Of a stretch of DNA of 64,000 bases, positions 1 through 7,510 are shown piece by piece (within the stretch, counting starts at the first letter, position 1; each line of letters starts with the position of its first letter). The notes under the pieces are model-generated. The model was given only the letters and a program-made list of their open reading frames with translations. It made no database searches and had not been told where the DNA came from. This DNA is from an uncultured Gemmatimonadales bacterium. Lineage in GTDB: Bacteria > Gemmatimonadota > Gemmatimonadetes > Gemmatimonadales > GWC2-71-9. Made by a program: the position numbers and the translations under genes. The stretch lies in the NCBI GenBank assembly GCA_963704015.1, contig CAVPGI010000002.1:36537-100536 (forward strand), written 5' to 3'.

Positions 1-758
1 ACCACGGCCTCTCGAGCGCCTGGGTCAAGCCCTGTCTGATGGAGCTGGGCGGCAAGAATGCGACGGTGGTCATGGAGTCGGCCGACCTCGACGCCGCGGC
101 CGAGGGCGTGATGCGCTCGGCCTTCGGGCTCCAGAACCAGAAGTGCAGCGCCACCAGCCGAGTCTACGTCCACCAAGCGGTGGCTCAGCTCTTCCTCGAG
201 AAGCTGATCGAGAAGACCAAGGCGGTGAAGATGGGCGACGTGACGCAGCGCGACGTCTGGTTCGGCCCGGTGATCAACCAGAAGGCGGTGCAGCGTTGGG
301 AGGGCGCCGTGGCCCAGGCGAAGAAGGAGGGCAAGATCCTGCTTGGAGGCGACCGCCTCAAGGGCGAGACCTTCGACCGCGGCCATTTCGTAGCACCCAC
401 CATCGCCACGCTGCCGCTCGAGAGCACCCTCTTCCGGGAGGAGCTGTTCGCGCCGTTCCTGGCCGTGGCTCCGGTCGCGAGTCTCGAGCAGGCGCTGGCG
501 GAGACCAACAAGGCCGAGTATGGCCTCACCGCGGGATTGTTCTCGAAGAAGCAGGAAGAGATCGACCGCTTCTTCGACGAAGTCGAGGCGGGGGTCTGTT
601 ACGTGAACAAGCGCAGTGGTGCTACCACCGGTGCCTGGCCGGGCGCTCAGCCGTTCACCGGCTGGAAGGGGTCAGGCTCGACCGGGAAGGGTGGCTGCGG
701 TCCCTGGTACGTGCAGCAGTTCATGCGCGAGCAGAGTAGGACGGTGGTGCAGGGGTAG
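1..758 (+). CDS. L-glutamate gamma-semialdehyde (1-pyrroline-5-carboxylate) dehydrogenase / aldehyde dehydrogenase family, 3' portion (5' end outside window)
   Basis: ELGGKNA and GLQNQKCSA catalytic motifs and a C-terminal PFTGWKGSGSTGKGG...FM tail typical of RocA/PruA-type ALDH. Stop TAG at 756-758. Confidence 0.75.
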   Translation, partial: HGLSSAWVKPCLMELGGKNATVVMESADLDAAAEGVMRSAFGLQNQKCSATSRVYVHQAVAQLFLEKLIEKTKAVKMGDVTQRDVWFGPVINQKAVQRWEGAVAQAKKEGKILLGGDRLKGETFDRGHFVAPTIATLPLESTLFREELFAPFLAVAPVASLEQALAETNKAEYGLTAGLFSKKQEEIDRFFDEVEAGVCYVNKRSGATTGAWPGAQPFTGWKGSGSTGKGGCGPWYVQQFMREQSRTVVQG

Positions 759-794
759 AGAAAGGCGGTAAAGGCCTGGCTAGTGCCTGCCTTC

Positions 795-850
795 AGTAAC
801 GCAGCGGTAAGGGACCGCTATGCAGCCCTTACGGTTTAGGCTGCGATGGG
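795..850 (+). terminator. Palindromic stem-loop just after the P5CDH stop (GTAAGGG-N12-CCCTTAC flanked by CGCAGC/GCTGCG). Possible terminator or recombination-site structure.
   Basis: Inverted repeats read directly; no T-tract follows. Confidence 0.35.
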
Positions 851-1130
851 GTGTTCTCTGAAGGGTCCATATGCAGTCGAATCGTAGTTAGGTGGTCTGG
901 CACGAGCATCACGATTTCGGTCTTGTCGGAACAGCTTGGTGTGCTGAAACGCCCGTCGCGCCTCCGTTCAACCCGGTTCTCCGGTGGCGGCGGGGGCTGC
1001 CCCCGAGGCCGCCCGTCCCCTCCGCGAGCACCCCCGCCTCGGTCTTCCGGGAAGTCGTTCCCGGCTTCACTTTCCGATATATGGCTCCTCGAAGCGCGGT
1101 CGCTTCCAGGCAGGTGCCCGGTGCGGGCCA

Positions 1131-1236
1131 GCCCCCTAACATGCGCTTGAAGCTGGCGGCGCCGGTGGTTCGAAGGGAATTCCTGATGAGGTGCATTGAA
1201 GGCAGGCGCCGCAGCTTAAGCGCCATCCGTTAGGTG
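1131..1236 (+). repeat. attC-like site 1 (R'' CCCTAAC 1134-1140; R' GTTAGGT 1229-1235)
   Basis: L'' ATGCGCTTGAAGCTGGCGGCGCC pairs with L' GGCGCCGCAGCTTAAGCGCCAT with bulged bases. About 88% identical to sites 2 and 3. Confidence 0.75.
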
Positions 1237-1247
1237 GCGGAGGGTAC

Positions 1248-1634
1248 ATGCCATCAGCAACTCTCTTGCGCCTCGTTCGAGAATGGCTTGACGACGCTCG
1301 AGAAACGCACCCTGCGTCTCTAAGCAAGGACGGCTCGGGTGTAATGATCTACGGCGACCTCGGTGGAGCCGCCTATATCCGCGCGGACGGCACCGTTGTA
1401 TTCGAGCCCTGGGACGACCTTCCTGATAATCAATGGCGGGCCGATCCCGGGTTCGTCTACGCGGTTCTGGTTATTGCTGCCAGAAAGCGGCCGGCTCTCG
1501 CCGAGCTCCTTCCGACCCGACCAGCCGCGGCGACTGATTGCGCGAAATGCGGAGGATCGGGGTGGCTTGCGATCGGCACCCACGAGGTTGTTTGCGGTGC
1601 TTGTCATGGTCTTGGGTGGCTCTCCGCCGCCTAA
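1248..1634 (+). CDS. Cassette ORF: hypothetical protein with C-terminal double CxxC zinc ribbon
   Basis: ATG 1248 with a GGAGGG RBS. Stop TAA 1632-1634 is embedded in the attC2 inverse core GCCTAAC. Contains CAKCGG...CGAC. Confidence 0.6.
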   Translation: MPSATLLRLVREWLDDARETHPASLSKDGSGVMIYGDLGGAAYIRADGTVVFEPWDDLPDNQWRADPGFVYAVLVIAARKRPALAELLPTRPAAATDCAKCGGSGWLAIGTHEVVCGACHGLGWLSAA

Positions 1635-1771
1635 CCAGCGCTTGAAGCTGGCGGGCGCTATCGTTTCAAGGGAAGCGGAGTGTCTGTGCGCTGGCGGGCA
1701 CGAACTCACGATCAACAACGCGGCGCGCCGTGTGCGAGTCGCCCACAGCTTAAGCGCGTGGCGTTAGGCGG
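1627..1771 (+). repeat. attC-like site 2 (R'' GCCTAAC 1629-1635; R' GTTAGGC 1763-1769)
   Basis: Terminal inverted repeats CCGCCTAAC...GTTAGGCGG with an internal CCAGCGCTTGAAGCTGG stem. Confidence 0.75.
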
Positions 1772-1785
1772 AGCCGCACACGCTC

Positions 1786-2118
1786 ATGTCAGCATCACCG
1801 AACGAACAAGCGAGAGCCGCCATCATTACTGCAGCTCAAGCGCTTCTCGATGGACAAATCGGTCCAATCGAGGCTGCGCGTCGCATTGCGACTCGACGCA
1901 ATGACCTCGATCCCAAACAGGAAGACGCCGACCTCCTTGGATTTGCCGGAATTGACTCTCAAACGGATCACCTGCTGCTGGGTGCCGACCTCAACACTTG
2001 GCATCCGAGCGTTCGCGAAGAGAAGACTAAGGAACTCGAGGAAACGGAGGAGTTCTTTCGCGCTTCCGCACTTGAAGGCGCCGCCGCCATCCTCGCTCGC
2101 TATGGGCGCCCCGCCTAA
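1786..2118 (+). CDS. Cassette ORF: small hypothetical protein (110 aa)
   Basis: ATG start. Stop TAA 2116-2118 lies inside the attC3 inverse core. Confidence 0.55.
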   Translation: MSASPNEQARAAIITAAQALLDGQIGPIEAARRIATRRNDLDPKQEDADLLGFAGIDSQTDHLLLGADLNTWHPSVREEKTKELEETEEFFRASALEGAAAILARYGRPA

Positions 2119-2216
2119 CCAGCGCTTGAAGCTGGCGGCGCCGGTGGTCTTAAGGGAATCCCTGATGATGTGCGTTGAAGGTAGGCGCCGCGGCTTAAGC
2201 GCAATGCGTTATACGG
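2111..2216 (+). repeat. attC-like site 3 (R'' GCCTAAC 2113-2119; R' GTTATAC 2208-2214)
   Basis: Same family as sites 1 and 2. Its 3' TTATAC is the reverse complement of the GTATAA of the next attC, a hybrid-site signature. Confidence 0.75.
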
Positions 2217-2372
2217 CACGGATGGCGTATCGTGTCGGCAAGTCCCTGTCACCTTCCGATCCGAATGCAGCTGTTCGCGCGCTATCATCTGACCTACAGC
2301 AAGTGGCCGGAGCGACCTGCTAAGTATCAGCCCGCTTAGCTGTGGCCACACTGGATCTAGCCAGGCCGCACG

Positions 2373-3146
2373 GTGAATCTCAAAGACCTCGCGCACAGCA
2401 TCTTGGCTCCGCTTAGTGAGCTGGTGCTTCAGCCCCTCAAGCAGTTCTTTCTAGGACTGAACGCCGGCGATCAGTTAGTTCTATCCATCCTCCTTGCTGC
2501 CTCAGCTGTCTTGGGCTTCGTCCTTGGCAGGCGCCGGGCCAACCGCGATGGTGTGTACAGGATTTTCGGTGCGTGGCGCTTCCCTGCATTCCAGAATAGC
2601 GGGGAGGCGCGGGTCTCTCATGTCTTGCGTTCACACTTCAGCCCTCCCGACTATCACCTGATGAATCACGTCACCATTCGAATGGATGACGGGACAACGC
2701 AGGTCGACCACGTCCTTGTTTCGCGGTTCGGCGTGTTTGTCATCGAAACTAAGGACTTCAACGGCTGGATCTTCGCGAATGCGACCGACGCAACGTGGAC
2801 GCAGGTTCACTTCCGACGGAAGTTCAAGTTCCAGAACCCGATCTTCCAGAACTTCAGGCACATGCGCGCTGTGGAAGGTCTGCTCGACTTCTTACCGCCA
2901 GAGGCAATCAAGTCGGTGGTCGTGTTCAGCGGTAACGCGGAGTTCAAGACAACGACCCCTCATGGAGTGATTGCAATCGGCGATCTAGCGGAGTACCTAA
3001 GGCGCCAGACCGACGAGGTCATGTCGCTCAACCGACTACAGTTCTGCGTGGGAAGGCTCGAGACAGCACGGCTCGCCATCAGCGGTGAGACCGATGTAGA
3101 ACACATACAGAGTCTCGCGCGACGATTCGGCGACGGCGCCGTATAA
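2373..3146 (+). CDS. Cassette ORF: NERD (nuclease-related domain) protein with N-terminal TM segment
   Basis: HVLRSHF...DYHLMNHVTIRMDDGTTQVDHVLVSRFGVFVIETKDFNGWI matches the NERD signature. GTG start. Stop TAA 3144-3146 lies inside the GTATAAC inverse core. Confidence 0.7.
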   Translation: MNLKDLAHSILAPLSELVLQPLKQFFLGLNAGDQLVLSILLAASAVLGFVLGRRRANRDGVYRIFGAWRFPAFQNSGEARVSHVLRSHFSPPDYHLMNHVTIRMDDGTTQVDHVLVSRFGVFVIETKDFNGWIFANATDATWTQVHFRRKFKFQNPIFQNFRHMRAVEGLLDFLPPEAIKSVVVFSGNAEFKTTTPHGVIAIGDLAEYLRRQTDEVMSLNRLQFCVGRLETARLAISGETDVEHIQSLARRFGDGAV

Positions 3147-3267
3147 CAACCGCATGAGGCTGACCGGCCTCGGCCATCGGTTTTCGTAAGGCCAGCACCA
3201 CTCTCGCTGCCCTGCCTGCTTGCGTGAGCGCGCCTCGGCCGGCAGCTTATGCGGGGCGTTAGGCGTC
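3142..3267 (+). repeat. attC-like site 4 (R'' GTATAAC 3142-3148; R' GTTAGGC 3259-3265)
   Basis: L'' CCGCATGAGGCTGACCGGCC pairs with L' GGCCGGCAGCTTATGCGG with extrahelical bases. Sequence is divergent from sites 1-3. Confidence 0.7.
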
Positions 3268-3289
3268 AGAACGGTGCGGCGAGAACCCA

Positions 3290-3976
3290 TTGCACGCAAA
3301 CAACCTCTTGAGTTCGACCAAGCGAATCGGGACCGGCCTATCCTTCATTATCTTCCCGATAGTCTTCGTCTTTGCCTTTTCGGTTCACCCGGGTTTGCTA
3401 CGCCCTCATGTGCTGGGTCCATCCGAACTCATCCTAAGAGCCCGCGGCGCAGACTTACTTCAGTTCGGGCATGCGTTGGTCACGCTCGATACGGCTCTGC
3501 TCGTGGTCGTCGCGCTGCACTTCATGAAACTCCTCGATCACACTTCTGGCGCATGGTGGGGATTTCTTGGCGCAGCATTGGCGGTATCGGGGTCTCTGGC
3601 GCTGGCAGCTGACAAGGGCGCGCTATGCCTCACGATGAGCGCTCTCAACAAACTCTCCGACGCCGAGTTCACGGCCATGATGCCGGGCCTACTGGCCATG
3701 TTTTCCAAACGCGGGTGGCTTGTCTTGCTCTGGGGGATATTGTTGCTTCCAGTCGGGTTCGGTATCCAGGCCATAGCCTTGCTTAGGAGCAAATCCCTTA
3801 GCCGTTGGCAGAGCCTCCTGCTCTTCGTCGGAGTTCTCCTCATTGGAACGCCTGATGGAGTTGAAATCGTCAACTTGACAGCGTCGGTCCTGCTGGCGAT
3901 CGCATTTGTGCCCTACGGTATTCAGATTATCTGGAGAGAGCATCAAGAAGTCGTTGCAAAGGGCGCTAACCCCTAA
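3290..3976 (+). CDS. Cassette ORF: multi-pass membrane protein (hypothetical)
   Basis: Several hydrophobic helices. TTG start at 3290 or 3308. Stop TAA 3974-3976 lies inside CCCTAAC. Confidence 0.55.
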   Translation: MHANNLLSSTKRIGTGLSFIIFPIVFVFAFSVHPGLLRPHVLGPSELILRARGADLLQFGHALVTLDTALLVVVALHFMKLLDHTSGAWWGFLGAALAVSGSLALAADKGALCLTMSALNKLSDAEFTAMMPGLLAMFSKRGWLVLLWGILLLPVGFGIQAIALLRSKSLSRWQSLLLFVGVLLIGTPDGVEIVNLTASVLLAIAFVPYGIQIIWREHQEVVAKGANP

Positions 3977-4012
3977 CGAGCGCATGAAAGTTGTCGCGCC
4001 GGAGCGGCTACT
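3971..4012 (+). repeat. Partial attC-like site 5 (R''-L'' half only: CCCCTAAC-GAGCGCATGAAAGTTGTCGCGCCGG)
   Basis: Homologous to the 5' half of attC1. No convincing L'/R' partner before the GTTAGCC junction at 4213-4219. Confidence 0.5.
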
Positions 4013-4034
4013 TGAACCAGGGGAGTGAGGCGAG

Positions 4035-4166
4035 CGCCGGTGCCTGGTCCTCAGCTCAGTCGTTCTGTGGATGGAAAGGCTCGGGCTCGACCGGTAAGGG
4101 GGCTGCGGTCCCTGGTACGTCCAGCAGTTCAAGCGAGAGCAGAGCCGGAGGGTGGTGCAGGGGTAA
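4035..4166 (+). pseudogene. Diverged, frameshifted duplicate of the P5CDH 3' end (copy B), followed by a hairpin at 4176-4196
   Basis: About 78% DNA identity to 628-758. Encodes GAWSSAQSFCGWKGSGSTGKG then loses frame. Confidence 0.7.
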
Positions 4167-4259
4167 AGAAGAGAGGGTACCGGCTCGGCCGGTGTCCGCC
4201 TTCCAATAGCTAGTTAGCCCAACGCAAGAGCCGGCCACGCGACATACGAGGAGAGATCG

Positions 4260-5315
4260 GTGAAGAAGCCAAGACGGGCAGAATACACGCCACTCGATTT
4301 CGCCCAATGGAAGGCCTCGAGCTCCCTGTCACTAACCCCAAAGTTCCAGCGACGTGGTGTCTGGAAGCCCGCGGCTCGCTCCTTCTTCGTGGACAGCCTC
4401 CTACGCGGCATGCCGGTCCCGCCTATCTACCTCCGGGAGATGCAGTCCCCCGAACGGGATCGCGTGATTCGCGAAGTCGTTGACGGGCAACAGCGAATCG
4501 CCGCTGTTCTGGACTTCATGGAGGGAAAGTACCGTCTCGCGAAGACCCTGAAGGGTTCATGGGCCGGAAAGCCCTTCAATGGGCTGGCAACAGAGGAACA
4601 GGACCGGGTCACGACTTACGCGTTCTCCGTTGAGGTGTTCCACGGAATCTCGGACTTGGAGGTGCTCGAGATCTTCTCCAGGCTGAACACCTACAGCGTC
4701 TCCCTGAACAGGCAAGAGCTTCGGAACGGGAGATTCTTCGGACTCTTCAAGCAGTCGGTGTACAGCATAGCCTACGAGCACCTGGAGTTCTGGCGTCGTC
4801 ACCGCATCTTCACTGAGCAGAACATCGCCCGAATGCTTGAGGCTGAGTTCGTGAGCGAGGTGTTCATCGCCTTCCTCGCAGGGCAGCAGGACAAGAAGAA
4901 GTCGATCGAGGCTTTCTATGACAAGTACGACGATGAGTTTCCCGACCAGTCGCGCACGGAAAAGCGCTTCCGCGAAGTGGTAGACGAAATACAAGAATCC
5001 CTGGGCGACAATTTGGCCGCGACGGTCTTTCGTCGCCCACCGATACTCTACTCCCTATTCTGCGTGCTGTATCACCGTCAGCATGGCCTTCCCGGTGTCT
5101 CACGTCCAACTCCCAAGAAGCGACTGTCTCAGGAGGAGCGTATGACGCTCCGAGAGGCGGTCGAGTCGCTCTCTGCTCGCGTCGATGCCGCTCGGGCCGG
5201 GGAGGAGGCTCCAACGCGATATGCGCCATTTGTCCAGGCCTGTCTCCAGCAGACGGACAACATCAGACCCCGAGAGACAAGGTTCAAGGCTCTGTATGCA
5301 GCGGCTTTCGAGTGA
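4260..5315 (+). CDS. DUF262 (ParB-like / GmrS-N type nuclease domain) protein; candidate defence gene 1
   Basis: VVDGQQRIAAV (the DGQQR signature). GTG start preceded by a GAGGAGAG RBS. 351 aa with a helical C-terminal half. Confidence 0.7.
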   Translation: MKKPRRAEYTPLDFAQWKASSSLSLTPKFQRRGVWKPAARSFFVDSLLRGMPVPPIYLREMQSPERDRVIREVVDGQQRIAAVLDFMEGKYRLAKTLKGSWAGKPFNGLATEEQDRVTTYAFSVEVFHGISDLEVLEIFSRLNTYSVSLNRQELRNGRFFGLFKQSVYSIAYEHLEFWRRHRIFTEQNIARMLEAEFVSEVFIAFLAGQQDKKKSIEAFYDKYDDEFPDQSRTEKRFREVVDEIQESLGDNLAATVFRRPPILYSLFCVLYHRQHGLPGVSRPTPKKRLSQEERMTLREAVESLSARVDAARAGEEAPTRYAPFVQACLQQTDNIRPRETRFKALYAAAFE

Positions 5316-5318
5316 GTC

Positions 5319-5963
5319 ATGCCGAGGCGAATGCCTGGCCTTCAGGCGGAGTTTCACCGCCAAGTCGCGGAGGCCATGAATCTTGCTGAGATCGGTGAGA
5401 TCGCTCGCGCGGAGGCTAGCGCGGGATCTCAGACCCGCAGTCGGCTGCACCACAGTCGCATCGAACTGTTGTACGAACTGGCGTTCCTTCGCATGTTCCT
5501 CGCGTGGGAGGCCTTTCTGGAACAGACGTTTCTGCGATACCTGTGCGGTTACTCCTCAAGGCACGGCCGCGCCGTTCCGCTCGCTACGGCGTCGTGGTCG
5601 CCTACTCTGGCGCACGCAGAGGCCGCCGTTCTTGGTGGAAGGGATTACGCACTCTGGCACAACCCAACTCAGGTCGCGGACAGGTGCCAGCGCATGTTCG
5701 GAAGTTGTCCCATTGAGGGCGTCGTCCGGTCGAGCATGTCCCGGCTGGAGGCCCTTGCTGCGGTGCGCCATCGCATCGTACACGCGCAGGCTGATGCTCG
5801 CCGCAAGTTTGACAACGCTACGATGACAATTGCGGGCAGGCGCTACAGAGGGGCACGGCCAGGCGCGTTTCTTCGGGACCGAAGTCCCAGCACAACGCCT
5901 CAGGTGCCCTGGCTTGAGCACCTAGGACGGGAGTTGCAGGGTCTTGCTTCTCAGATTGCGTAG
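5319..5963 (+). CDS. HEPN-like protein (Rx4H motif AAVRHRIVH); candidate defence gene 2, coupled 3 nt after the DUF262 stop
   Basis: ATG 5319 lies 3 nt after TGA 5313-5315. C-terminal RHRIVH fits the HEPN Rx4-6H motif. Family assignment not verified. Confidence 0.5.
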   Translation: MPRRMPGLQAEFHRQVAEAMNLAEIGEIARAEASAGSQTRSRLHHSRIELLYELAFLRMFLAWEAFLEQTFLRYLCGYSSRHGRAVPLATASWSPTLAHAEAAVLGGRDYALWHNPTQVADRCQRMFGSCPIEGVVRSSMSRLEALAAVRHRIVHAQADARRKFDNATMTIAGRRYRGARPGAFLRDRSPSTTPQVPWLEHLGRELQGLASQIA

Positions 5964-5997
5964 GCGAGGCAATGGCCGACGGTGGGGCACGGACCCG

Positions 5998-6057
5998 TGG
6001 GCTAACAACGGCATGCAGCGGACGGCCTTCGGCCGGCGCTAATGCCGAGCGTTACCG
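5998..6057 (+). repeat. attC-like site 6 (R'' GGCTAAC 5999-6005; R' GTTACCG 6051-6057)
   Basis: AACGGCATGCAG...GGCC-TTCG-GGCCGGCGCTAATGCCG stem. R'' is exactly complementary to the TTAGCC at 4214-4219, the 5' end of the DUF262/HEPN cassette. Confidence 0.65.
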
Positions 6058-6078
6058 AGTAGGGTAGTGCAGGGGTAA
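6057..6078 (+). pseudogene. Remnant of the last ~6 codons plus stop of the P5CDH 3' end (copy C)
   Basis: AGTAGGGTAGTGCAGGGGTAA encodes SRVVQG* versus SRTVVQG* in copy A. Confidence 0.5.
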
Positions 6079-6084
6079 AGAAGT

Positions 6085-6111
6085 GAGGGCACCGGCTTCG
6101 CCGGTGCCCTC
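6085..6111. terminator. Perfect 12-bp hairpin GAGGGCACCGGC-TTC-GCCGGTGCCCTC; bidirectional terminator between the P5CDH tail and the convergent aminotransferase
   Basis: Read directly from sequence. Confidence 0.6.
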
Positions 6112-6135
6112 TCCGCTTGGTTCTCGAATGCCGAT

Positions 6136-7479
6136 CTAGTCTTCCTCTCCCAGGCACTCCTCCAGAATCCCCATCCCGGTATCCACGTCGTACTCGTCCA
6201 GCACCAGCGGCGGGGCGAGGCGGAACGCACTCTTGCCGCAGCCGAGCAGTAGCAGTCCCTTCTGGAAGGCGCGCATCGGTGACCCGCTCGATCAGCTCCG
6301 GATAGGGCTCCTTCGAGCGGCGATCCTTGACGAACTCCATCCCGATCATGAGTCCCCGGCCCCGCACGTCGCCGATGACGGCGTGACGGTCCATCAGCTT
6401 CCGGGCGTGGCCCATGATCCGCTCGCCCATGGCCTTGATGTGGGGGAGGGACTGCTCCACCACGTCCAGGGTGGCCAGCGCCGCGGCGCAGCTCACCGGA
6501 TTGCCGCCGAAGGTGGAGCCGTGGCTGCCGGACTCCCAGGTCATCACCGACTCCCGCGCGATGAAGGCGCCGATCGGCATGCCCGGATCCCAGCCCCTTG
6601 GCGGTCACCAGGATGTCGGGCTCGACCTCTTCCCAGTCGCAGGCCCACATCTTCCCGGTACGGCCCACCCCGCTCTGCACTTCGTCGGCCACCAGGAGAA
6701 TGCCGTGACGGTCGCACAGCTGTCGCAGCGCCTTGAGGAATCCCATGGGCGGGATCACGTAGCCGCCCTCACCCTGGATCGGCTCGACGAAGATGGCCGC
6801 CACGTCATCGGGCGCCACCTGCCGGCCCATCAGTCCTTCCTCGATCGAGGCGATGACGCTCTCGATGTTCTCCAGGTCGGTGGCGCCCTCCGGTCCCCGA
6901 TAGGGATTGCAGAAGGGCACGTGGTAGACCTCGGGGAGAAACGGCCCGAAGTGGCGCCGCTGTTTGGTCTTGCTCGAGGTCAGGCTCATCGCCCCGTAGG
7001 TCCGGCCGTGGAACGAGCCGTGAAAGGCGATCAGCGCCGGCCGGCGAGTGTGATAGCGGGCCAGCTTGATGGCTCCCTCGACCGCCTCGGTGCCCGAGTT
7101 GGTGAGGAACACCCGCTTGCGGCTGGTTCCCGGGGCCAACCGCGCCAGCCGCTCCGCCAACTGAGCGAACCCCTCGAAGTAGAAATCGGTGCCGCAGATG
7201 TGCAGGAACCGGTCGGCCTGGTCCTTGATCGCCGCGACCACCTTGGGGTGGTTGTAGCCGGTGGCGCTGACCGCGATGCCGGCCATGAAATCGAGGAACT
7301 GGTTGCCGTCGACGTCCTGCACCATGGCGCCGCGCCCGCCGGCGATCACCAGGGGATACTCCTTGATGTAGGACGTCGAGGTCCAGGCCTCGTCACGGTC
7401 GATGATCGCCTTGGCCTTGGGCCCCGGCGGCGCGGCCACGATGCGGGGATAGTCGCGAGTAGTGGTCATGGACGGCATC
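6136..7479 (-). CDS. Class III (GabT / acetylornithine-type) aminotransferase; at least two apparent frameshifts
   Basis: MPSMTTTRDYPRIVAAPPGPKA... and PLP-region motifs DEVQSGVGRTGKMWA, then GMPIGAFIARESVM in another frame. An extra base in the CCC run at 6582-6584. Confidence 0.7.
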
Positions 7480-7510
7480 TCGGTGAAGAAGGCGTCGATG
7501 TCTCGGTGTC

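Larger units (their letters stand above)
886..6057 (+). mobile_element. Integron-type gene-cassette array (CALIN-like, no intI in window), six cassettes
   Basis: Serial attC-like sites with RYYYAAC at the 5' end and GTTRRRY at the 3' end. ORF stop codons lie inside the inverse cores. Each cassette's 5' TTRRRY is complementary to its own attC R''. All ORFs are co-directional. GC is lower than the flanks. Confidence 0.8.

Noticed and set aside
143-739. Numerous alternative-frame and antisense ORFs overlapping annotated genes throughout the track (for example 143-739, 6414-7514, 18960-21080, 61907-63727)
   Set aside because: In a ~68% GC genome long spurious ORFs are expected on all frames. They lack recognisable motifs and overlap well-supported genes.
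1170-1200. CUGAUGA-like motif (cctgatgaggtgcattgaagg) inside attC repeats 1 and 3, reminiscent of a hammerhead ribozyme core
   Set aside because: No GAAA element, no three-stem architecture and no conserved cleavage-site context. The motif is explained as part of the attC internal palindrome.
892-1233. ORFs 892-1233(+) and 909-1226(-) inside cassette 1
   Set aside because: Low-complexity proline/arginine-rich translation of GC-rich DNA. It ends inside the attC rather than at its inverse core, so it was not called.
1131-2216. Three ~105-145-bp near-identical repeats considered as a CRISPR array
   Set aside because: Repeats are too long and imperfect. The 'spacers' are 390-510 bp and contain complete ORFs whose stops fall in the repeat. 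The RYYYAAC/GTTRRRY termini fit attC sites instead.
4035-4166. Copy B of the P5CDH tail as a fresh target-site duplication from a single insertion
   Set aside because: Only about 78% identity to copy A, with a frameshift and multiple non-synonymous changes. It is an old or foreign-derived duplicate, not a recent TSD.
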